Below are positions 57,552 to 64,000 of a DNA stretch of 64,000 nt, piece by piece. Origin of the DNA: an uncultured Bacillota bacterium (GTDB lineage: Bacteria; Bacillota_I; Bacilli_A; RF39; UBA660); contig CAMVLZ010000003.1 in assembly GCA_947168485.1 (NCBI GenBank), positions 32,997-96,996 of the forward strand, read 5' to 3'. Under the pieces are notes generated by a model, which had not been told where the DNA came from, did no database searches, and saw only the letters and a program-made list of their open reading frames with translations. The position numbers and the translations under genes are program-made. Position 1 is the first letter of the stretch, and every line of letters starts with the position of its first letter.

Positions 57552-59719
57552 ATTTCTTTTTCTTCTTTAGCAGGTTTCTTTGGTTTTGGAAGTGCTTCTT
57601 TTCTTGAGAAGTCTTCTCTACCACGTTTATCTTTACCTAAAGCTTTTACTAAGATTTCATCTCCAACTTGAACAACATCAGTAACTTTATCTACTCTTTC
57701 ATGAGCTAATTGTGAGATATGTACCATACCTTCACATCCTGGCCATAATTCTACAAAGCATCCGAAGTCTTCAATTCTTACTACCTTTGCTTCGTAAATT
57801 TTACCCTTTTCTACCTCTCTTGTGATGTCTTCAATCATACTTCTTGTTTTGTTAATGATGTCTTTATCATTATGATAGATAATTACTCTACCATCATCTT
57901 CTAATTCTACTTTAACAGCATTAACATTAGTTACTTCAGTTACATTTGATGCTTCACAAATAATCTTAGTAATTGTTTCTCCTCCACGACCAATAACATC
58001 TTTGATCTTAGAAGGATCTATCATAAATGTTTCCATCTTAGGAGCATATTTAGAAACTTCTTTTCTTGGTTCTTTAATTTGTTTAGCTATTACTTTTAAG
58101 ATTTCTAATCTAGCTTTTTTAGCTTGAGCTAAAGCTTCTTTTAATATATCTTTAGTGATTCCACTAATCTTAATATCCATTTGAAGAGCAGTAATACCAT
58201 CTTTAGTACCAGCTACTTTAAAGTCCATATCTCCTAAGTGATCTTCCATACCTTGAATATCAGTTAAAATTGTATAGTCATCTCCATGAGTAATTAGACC
58301 CATAGCAATTCCAGCAACTGGAGCTTTAATTGGTACACCAGCAGCCATTAGAGACATACATCCAGCACAGATTGATGCTTGTGATGATGAACCATTTGAT
58401 TCTAAAATTTCAGATACAATTCTTACTGTATATGGGAATTCTTCTTCAGAAGGCATTACTCTAGATAGAGCTTTTTCTCCTAAAGCACCATGACCAATTT
58501 CTCTTCTACCAGGTGATCCATATCTTCCTGTTTCTCCTACTGAGAATTGTGGGAAGTTATAATGTAACATAAATCTCTTTTGATCTTCTAAACTTAATCC
58601 ATCTAATACTTGATGTTCATTTAAAGCACCTAATGTAGTAATAGATAATGCTTGTGTTTCACCTCTTGTGAATAAAGCAGAACCATGTGTTCTTGGTAAT
58701 AAATCTATATCTGTAGATAATGGTCTAATTTCATCCATCTTTCTACCATCAGCTCTTTTACCTTCTTTAACAACAATACTTCTAAATAATTCATATTCTA
58801 TTTCAGATAGAACCATATTTACTTTTACTTCTAATTCTTTTAAGAAGTCATCTTTTTCATCTTTATTTTCTTCTAAGAAGATATTTACTATTTCTTCTTT
58901 TAATTCATCTATAGCATTATATTTTTCTAATTTATCTTTAATACGAAGTGCTTTATCCATACGAATAGTAGCAAGTTCTTTAACTCTTTTTACTATTTCT
59001 TCTTCTGGAACTAGTGTTTCGTATTCCATCTTTTCAACACCAATTTCTTTAATGATTTTTTCTTCAAATGCGATTAATTCTTTAATAGCATCATGAGCAA
59101 ACATTAAAGCATCTAACATAACTTCTTCTGATACTTGATCTGCTGATGACTCTACCATATTAATAGCTTCTTTAGTACCAGCAACTGTTAAGTCTAATTC
59201 TGATCTTTCTAATTCTTCTGGAGTTGGGTTAATTACAAATTCTCCATCTACTCTACCTACTTTTACTCCAGCAATTGGTCCATTAAATGGAATCTTAGAA
59301 ATTGATACTGCTAGAGATGAAGCTAACATAGCAGTTAATTCTGGTTGACAATCTTGATCAACTGATAAAACTGTAGAAATGATTTGAACTTCATTTTTGA
59401 ATCCTTCTGGGAATAATGGTCTCATTGGACGATCAATCATTCTAGCAGCTAATGTAGCAGCTTCACTTGGTCTTCCTTCTCTCTTAATGAATCCACCTGG
59501 TATTTTACCAACTGAATATAATTTTTCTTGATAATTAACTGTTAATGGAAAGAAATCAGATAATAAATTAACATTTTTAGATACAACAGCAGCAGTTAGA
59601 ATAACTGTATCATTATATCTTACTAATACAGCACCATCTGCTTGTTTAGCAAGTTCACCATGTTCAACTATTATTTTTCTTCCATGAAAGTTTAATTCAA
59701 ATGTTTTCTTTTTACTCAT
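57533..59719 (-). CDS. pnp: Polyribonucleotide nucleotidyltransferase (PNPase)
   Basis: Two RNase PH domains, plus KH and S1 domains (GKIYEAKVVRIEDFGCFVEL). Confidence 0.95.
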   Translation of the reverse strand: MSKKKTFELNFHGRKIIVEHGELAKQADGAVLVRYNDTVILTAAVVSKNVNLLSDFFPLTVNYQEKLYSVGKIPGGFIKREGRPSEAATLAARMIDRPMRPLFPEGFKNEVQIISTVLSVDQDCQPELTAMLASSLAVSISKIPFNGPIAGVKVGRVDGEFVINPTPEELERSELDLTVAGTKEAINMVESSADQVSEEVMLDALMFAHDAIKELIAFEEKIIKEIGVEKMEYETLVPEEEIVKRVKELATIRMDKALRIKDKLEKYNAIDELKEEIVNIFLEENKDEKDDFLKELEVKVNMVLSEIEYELFRSIVVKEGKRADGRKMDEIRPLSTDIDLLPRTHGSALFTRGETQALSITTLGALNEHQVLDGLSLEDQKRFMLHYNFPQFSVGETGRYGSPGRREIGHGALGEKALSRVMPSEEEFPYTVRIVSEILESNGSSSQASICAGCMSLMAAGVPIKAPVAGIAMGLITHGDDYTILTDIQGMEDHLGDMDFKVAGTKDGITALQMDIKISGITKDILKEALAQAKKARLEILKVIAKQIKEPRKEVSKYAPKMETFMIDPSKIKDVIGRGGETITKIICEASNVTEVTNVNAVKVELEDDGRVIIYHNDKDIINKTRSMIEDITREVEKGKIYEAKVVRIEDFGCFVELWPGCEGMVHISQLAHERVDKVTDVVQVGDEILVKALGKDKRGREDFSRKEALPKPKKPAKEEKEIKKEDE

Positions 59720-59736
59720 AAATCCTCCTATATTCT

Positions 59737-59768
59737 AAAAAAAATAGACACCAAAAAATATGTGTCTA
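59737..59768 (-). terminator. rpsO terminator / rpsO-pnp intergenic hairpin
   Basis: TAGACAC/GTGTCTA hairpin followed by U8 on the minus strand. Confidence 0.65.
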
Positions 59769-60035
59769 CTTTCTTAATCCTAATTTTTTAATAACTTCAC
59801 GATAGCTTTGAATATCTTTCTTAGCTAAGTATGCAAGTAAATTTCTTCTTTGTCCAACTTTCTTTAAAAGTCCTCTGTTTGAATGATAATCATGTTTATG
59901 TTCTTTTAAATGTTCAGTTAAATTATTGATTTCACTAGTTAAAATAGCAATTTGAACTTCTGTAGAACCAGTATCTTTATCATTCTTAGCAAATTCTTTA
60001 ATTAACTTTGCTTTTTCTTCTTTAGTTATTGCCAA
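59766..60035 (-). CDS. rpsO: 30S ribosomal protein S15 (TTG start)
   Basis: [36 protein letters not shown]. Confidence 0.95.
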   Translation of the reverse strand: MAITKEEKAKLIKEFAKNDKDTGSTEVQIAILTSEINNLTEHLKEHKHDYHSNRGLLKKVGQRRNLLAYLAKKDIQSYREVIKKLGLRK

Positions 60036-60156
60036 ACTAATACACTTCCTTTCTTTTTAATTCACTATTACTAAGTAAAGGTCGGAAGAATCCATTACTT
60101 GGTAATAGAACCATAGTTATTATAATATACTTTTTATTTTTACGCAACATTTTTTA

Positions 60157-60519
60157 TTACTTATGCATTCTTTTAGTAATTACTCTTTTACAATTATGTT
60201 TTTTTATCATTTTATTATTTATTTCTTCATCTGATAAATCTTTATCTTTAAAACGTAGATAATCTCTTTCTATTTCTTCAAATGATAATTTTCTATTAGA
60301 TATTCTAGCGACAGGGAAATTACCTCTTCTACCATATTCCATAAATAACACATCATTTTCTTTAAAGAAATCAGCTATTTCGGTATATGAAGAATCATTT
60401 TGAATAGTTAGTTCTTCTACTTCTTCTTGTGTTCTTACATCTATTCCTTTAAAGAAACCTAACATTAGATCATCATAAGTATCTGCAAAATATGATATTG
60501 GATAAATTAACTTTTTCAA
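60157..60519 (-). CDS. Hypothetical protein (120 aa), last gene of the S-box operon
   Basis: ORF 36 nt downstream of the M15 gene. Confidence 0.5.
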   Translation of the reverse strand: MKKLIYPISYFADTYDDLMLGFFKGIDVRTQEEVEELTIQNDSSYTEIADFFKENDVLFMEYGRRGNFPVARISNRKLSFEEIERDYLRFKDKDLSDEEINNKMIKKHNCKRVITKRMHK

Positions 60520-60555
60520 AATAACACCCCCAAAAAGTTAAATTATTATATCATA

Positions 60556-61167
60556 TTAATTTATTTTTTCAAAATGTTGATAATCTTTGGCGTGATTCCA
60601 GTCTCCTCCCCAAGTAAATCCATACTTTGTAAATACTTTATAACATAAATCATCATGAGTTATTACATGATCTCCAACTCTATTTTCTGCATAGTATATT
60701 TCTTCTTCATCAAAATTAGAATAGTCTCTTTCTCCATTAACAAATACTACATATGGATTTTGTCTTGGATTAATATCTATCGCAAGACCTAAGGCATGAT
60801 GAGATAAATTGTTACTATTAGGTATATTTCTATAATTAAAAGCAGATGAATTATTATGTTTAATAGAATTAGTATCTGATTCTACTCCATTATTTATCCA
60901 ATAATCATCAATTAACTTAATAGAGTTTATTTGATATTTATTTTCAAATAGTTCTTTAAAGATATTAATAATATCATCCATAATTATTTTATTTACTATT
61001 AATTCTCCTTCTACTACTTCATTATCATAATTATAATGATTTAATTTTATATATATTAAATCATCTAAAGTTATATCATTATTCTCTTTATATGATTTAT
61101 TAATAATTCTTTTATAAATAGAATCATCTTTTATTATACTTTTTGTTTCATAATAGAATTCATTCAT
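60556..61167 (-). CDS. M15 family metallopeptidase (VanY/D-Ala-D-Ala carboxypeptidase-like)
   Basis: SHHALGLAIDINP and GFTWGGDWNHAKDYQHFE motifs. Confidence 0.8.
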   Translation of the reverse strand: MNEFYYETKSIIKDDSIYKRIINKSYKENNDITLDDLIYIKLNHYNYDNEVVEGELIVNKIIMDDIINIFKELFENKYQINSIKLIDDYWINNGVESDTNSIKHNNSSAFNYRNIPNSNNLSHHALGLAIDINPRQNPYVVFVNGERDYSNFDEEEIYYAENRVGDHVITHDDLCYKVFTKYGFTWGGDWNHAKDYQHFEKIN

Positions 61168-61175
61168 ATTATCAC

Positions 61176-62012
61176 CTAGTTAATTATATCAAATAATTTA
61201 TAATACTCCATCATACATTTATATAATTTATTATAATCATCTTCATTTGATAAATATATTCTCTTATTAATTTCAATCATTATAGAAGTTATTTCAGGAT
61301 ACTTATTTGAAATAATACTTCCACTATATGGATAGTTTATTTGTATAGAATAGTTATATGAAGAAAAATGGTTTATTGTTTTTATAAGTAAATTTATATC
61401 ATAATTATCTTTATTTATACCTATACATATATCAGGATTATTTTCTTTCTTTAATACTTTTGATACAAATTCATCTGAAAAACTATGTAGATCTATTATT
61501 ATAGGTTTTATGTTTTTACTTAGTAGTTTTTCTATCATATTATCTAAAGATTGATGATGTTTTTTATAATAATTAGTAATTATATAATCTTTTTCTTCTT
61601 TTGTTCTTTTTACAAATTCTTTTCCATTAGAATCTTTAGTATATAAAGCTCCCATTCCATATTTAGACATTTCTTCTTTAGAATCATCTAAATACTTTTC
61701 TACATCACAAAACATTCTTGAATAATTAAATTTAATAATATTTGGATAATTCTTAGGTACAAAGTTATCTACTTTATAGTCTGAAATAAATATATTTTCT
61801 TTATTAAAATACTCTTTATCTACTAGTAAATTATCTTTAAAATACTTTGGTACTTCTAATGATGAGTGTGGTATATGAATAATTAAATTATTATGATTAG
61901 AGTGTTTAATATAGATAAATGTTCCTTTCTTTTTTACTTCTTTTACTTTTAATCCTTTTTTTTCAAAGATTTTGTCAATTTCTTCAATCAATATTTTTGC
62001 TTTACTTTTCAT
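61176..62012 (-). CDS. N-formylglutamate amidohydrolase (FGase, PF05013-like) family protein
   Basis: HIPHSS..VP, SRMFCDVEK, IIDLHSF, NYPYSGS and MIEINKRIYL match the FGase family pattern. Confidence 0.65.
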   Translation of the reverse strand: MKSKAKILIEEIDKIFEKKGLKVKEVKKKGTFIYIKHSNHNNLIIHIPHSSLEVPKYFKDNLLVDKEYFNKENIFISDYKVDNFVPKNYPNIIKFNYSRMFCDVEKYLDDSKEEMSKYGMGALYTKDSNGKEFVKRTKEEKDYIITNYYKKHHQSLDNMIEKLLSKNIKPIIIDLHSFSDEFVSKVLKKENNPDICIGINKDNYDINLLIKTINHFSSYNYSIQINYPYSGSIISNKYPEITSIMIEINKRIYLSNEDDYNKLYKCMMEYYKLFDIIN

Positions 62013-62040
62013 ATTTTTCCTCCTCTTGGTTACATTATCA

Positions 62041-62176
62041 AGAAAAGAAAAACTTATACGAAAAGTATAAGTTTATTCGTATTTATCATTCAAAGTAATA
62101 CTTTGTTGGTTTTACCACCTAACTTAATAGGTTGGTGCAAGTTCATTGAGCCAATTCTCTCCCTTGCTCTTGATAA
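62041..62176 (-). promoter_or_regulatory. SAM-I (S-box) riboswitch with intrinsic terminator
   Basis: The aptamer spans 62083-62176: P1 UUAUCA/UGAUAA, AGAG, P2 CAAG/CUUG and GAG/CUC, AUGA, CACCAACC...AGGUGGUAAAACCAAC, P4 CAAAG/CUUUG. The pseudoknot pair UUGG/CCAA covaries against the consensus CUGG/CCAG. The terminator is AAACTTATAC/GTATAAGTTT plus a U-tract (62041-62074). Confidence 0.8.
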
Positions 62177-62192
62177 TGTAAATTGTATATTT

Positions 62193-62201
62193 ATTATAAC
62201 A
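62193..62201 (-). promoter_or_regulatory. Extended -10 box (TGTTATAAT) for the S-box operon
   Basis: The minus strand reads ATGTTATAAT about 17 nt upstream of the aptamer P1. Confidence 0.55.
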
Positions 62202-62243
62202 TATAGATAATAATTATGATATAATTTTTTATAGAGAGTTTAG

Positions 62244-63818
62244 GTGATAATTATGCTTATTGGAGATATAGTACAATATTGTTCTGATCCTGCTTTAGGT
62301 AGTTTTCTAACTATTATTAAAAGAATATTTAATATGTTAGAAATAATAACTCCCGTTATATTAATGATTGGTTTAGCTGTACCTTTTTTTAAGATTATTG
62401 TTATTGATCATAATAAGGTATCTAGAGAAGATGAATCTAAAACTCAATATGAGATTGAAAAGACACATATATATAATGCTTTAACTGCTGCGGTTATTGT
62501 TATGATGTTACCTATTATTGTTAATGTAGTTATGTATGCTTTAAGTTTTGGGACTAATGATAGATTTGTTGTTAGTGAATGTTGGAATGATGCGAAAGTT
62601 ACTCAGGGTAAAGCTCAATATATTACTTATGATAGTAAAAAGAAAAAGTATAATTTTTTAATTAATCCTGATGAGTATGTTGGAGTTGATACAGATCCTA
62701 ATTTTAGATCTGATAGAGTTCCTGTAGATGATGATGATGAATATGATAGTGATGAATTTCAATCTTATGGTAATATTGTTTGGGATCCTAATGATGTTAC
62801 TAAGATTAGTAATTTAAATGCTGCTCAATTAACTCAAATATTAAATAAACATAGTAGTAGTGCTAAGAACTTTATTCCTTATGCACAAGCGTTAATTAAT
62901 GCTGAAAGAAAACATCATGTTAATGTATTTTTCCTTATAGGAATTGATGCTTTGGAGTCTGGTTGGATTACTTCTCCTATATCTAAAGCTTGTAATAATT
63001 TAGGTGGTGTTACTGAGAGTAAATCTCATCCTTCTAATGGATGTGGTAGTAATCCTGGACATAAATTTGCTTATTTTAGTAGTGTTGGTGAATATATAGA
63101 TTATCATGCTAATTTATTACATAAGAGTTATTTAACTAAAGGGGCACCTTATTATCATGGTACTAGTATTAAAGCTGTACAAACTAATTATTGTCCTTTA
63201 TCTGATGGTTGTGGTGATTGGGCTCCTAGTGTTAAGAAAATTGCTAATTCTTTGTATAGTCAAGTTGCTAAATTAAATATAGGTGGAGCTAGTGGTGTTG
63301 CTGAAAAGATAGCTAAAGCTGCTGAATATTACGCTTGGCCTGCTGGTACGTCTAAAAGCAAATATTGTAGATTTAATGGTGGCGGTGCTACTTCACATTT
63401 TATGACTGACTATCGTAAATATTGGCCTAATTTTAAAAATAGTAGTGATAAAAGTGTAGCTGCTGGTACTTGTTGTTGTCACTTTGCTCGTACTTGTGTT
63501 GTTAAAGGTTTAGGAAAGAAATTTTCATTTACTCTACTTCCTGGTTCTAGTAAAGATGAATATACTAAAAATAAAATGGCTAATTTAGGATTTACAAGAA
63601 TTAAGTTTGATGGAAATAAATCTTCTTTAAAACGAGGTGATGTTTTATACTATCGTAATAAAGGTAGTGGTGGTCACGTATGGATTTATTTAGGAAATGG
63701 AAAAGCTGCTGAAGCTGCTCATGGTAGTGGTTATGGTGGACGTATTACTACTGTTTCTAAATCTAAATTAAAAACTAGTACTAAGAGTGTTTATTACATA
63801 TTTAGAGCTAATAGATAG
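62244..63818 (+). CDS. Membrane-anchored bifunctional cell-wall hydrolase (glucosaminidase/muramidase domain plus NlpC/P60- or CHAP-like domain), CwlT-like
   Basis: 2-3 N-terminal TM helices. The middle region has FLIGIDALESGWITSP...NNLGGV (LESGWG...NN.FG pattern). The C-terminus has a Cys motif AAGTCCCHFARTCV and GDVLYY...GGHVWIYLGNGKAAEAAHG. Confidence 0.7.
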   Translation: MIIMLIGDIVQYCSDPALGSFLTIIKRIFNMLEIITPVILMIGLAVPFFKIIVIDHNKVSREDESKTQYEIEKTHIYNALTAAVIVMMLPIIVNVVMYALSFGTNDRFVVSECWNDAKVTQGKAQYITYDSKKKKYNFLINPDEYVGVDTDPNFRSDRVPVDDDDEYDSDEFQSYGNIVWDPNDVTKISNLNAAQLTQILNKHSSSAKNFIPYAQALINAERKHHVNVFFLIGIDALESGWITSPISKACNNLGGVTESKSHPSNGCGSNPGHKFAYFSSVGEYIDYHANLLHKSYLTKGAPYYHGTSIKAVQTNYCPLSDGCGDWAPSVKKIANSLYSQVAKLNIGGASGVAEKIAKAAEYYAWPAGTSKSKYCRFNGGGATSHFMTDYRKYWPNFKNSSDKSVAAGTCCCHFARTCVVKGLGKKFSFTLLPGSSKDEYTKNKMANLGFTRIKFDGNKSSLKRGDVLYYRNKGSGGHVWIYLGNGKAAEAAHGSGYGGRITTVSKSKLKTSTKSVYYIFRANR

Positions 63819-63834
63819 AAAGAGAGGTTGAGTT

Positions 63835-64000
63835 ATGAAGAAAAGATTAATGATTATTGGTATTTTTGCTCTATTCTTCTTAGTAGTTACATTAATATTA
63901 ATTATTACTTCTGGTGAAAGTGATAGTTATAATATTGATGCTTATTTAGTAAAAAATGGGTATAGTTTAGTTGATAAAGATACTTCTCAATATATTAAAG
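63835..64000 (+). CDS. Hypothetical N-terminally anchored protein (5' fragment; continues past the window)
   Basis: ATG at 63835 with AGAGAGG upstream. Sequence MKKRLMIIGIFALFFLVVTLILIITSG... Confidence 0.5.
   Translation, partial: MKKRLMIIGIFALFFLVVTLILIITSGESDSYNIDAYLVKNGYSLVDKDTSQYIK

Noticed and set aside
6183-59096. Many 60-165-aa ORFs from the track lie antisense to, or in an alternative frame of, long well-supported genes: 6183..6404, 6439..6621, 6988..7218, 11495..11752, 12354..12848, 17516..17866, 19217..19408, 19797..19985, 19803..20060, 20366..20653, 21015..21206, 28888..29166, 32036..32293, 34297..34506, 36031..36252, 39119..39319, 44083..44283, 47909..48091, 50164..50346, 56900..57088, 58668..59096
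   Set aside because: They are fully embedded in genes with clear family motifs, have low-complexity S/I/L/F/H-rich translations, and have no RBS. Such ORFs are expected by chance on the opposite strand of AT-rich, stop-poor coding sequence.
62100-62170. A relatively GC-rich patch, first considered as a possible tRNA or tRNA fragment (a potential integration site next to the CwlT-like gene)
   Set aside because: It has no cloverleaf. On the minus strand it folds as the P2-P4 core of a SAM-I riboswitch.
1-64000. Alternative genetic code (TGA = Trp, Mollicutes-like), suggested by the extreme AT-richness
   Set aside because: Conserved proteins (PNPase, ThrRS, SMC, PBP2B, MraY) are full length under the standard code. 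Conserved Trp positions use TGG, for example ISWNVNG in xth.
62244-64000. Calling a prophage or ICE at the right edge
   Set aside because: Only the hydrolase and one anchored ORF are visible. There is no integrase, relaxase, VirB4 or att repeat in the window. I kept it as a finding to check, not as a mobile_element feature.

Overview
Very AT-rich chromosomal segment of a low-GC Bacillota-type bacterium. The standard code is in use: TGG encodes Trp at conserved positions and there are no in-frame TGA codons in conserved genes. I ran no homology or covariance searches; every call is from motifs read by eye in the ORF track and my own translations. Almost all genes up to about 46 kb are on the minus strand.

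Recognisable core genes:
- addA/addB
- yceD-rpmF
- a dcw-type operon (mraZ-rsmH-ftsL-pbpB ... mraY)
- thrS behind a T-box leader
- dnaI
- comEA-comEC
- a SEDS protein (FtsW/RodA)
- def
- smc
- xth
- rpsO-pnp
- a SAM-I (S-box) riboswitch operon

I saw no tRNA, rRNA, CRISPR array, transposase or integrase. An extended -10 box (TGNTATAAT, mostly TGTTATAAT) recurs at the promoters I call.

Most unusual features:
1. An ~11 kb block of uncharacterised envelope and coiled-coil proteins lies inside the division/cell-wall locus, between pbpB and mraY. It includes a ~1560-aa acidic giant protein that appears co-transcribed with mraZ-ftsL-pbpB.
2. L32 carries an N-terminal extension that looks like the Prp-cleaved L27 propeptide.
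3. A tail-anchored protein fuses a GH10-like domain to a PHP domain.
4. An S-box riboswitch drives an amidohydrolase/M15 peptidase operon.
5. Two acidic proteins share a near-identical 5' module.
6. A WXG/LXG-like protein has a C-terminal wall-hydrolase-like domain.
7. A CwlT-like bifunctional hydrolase sits at the right edge.
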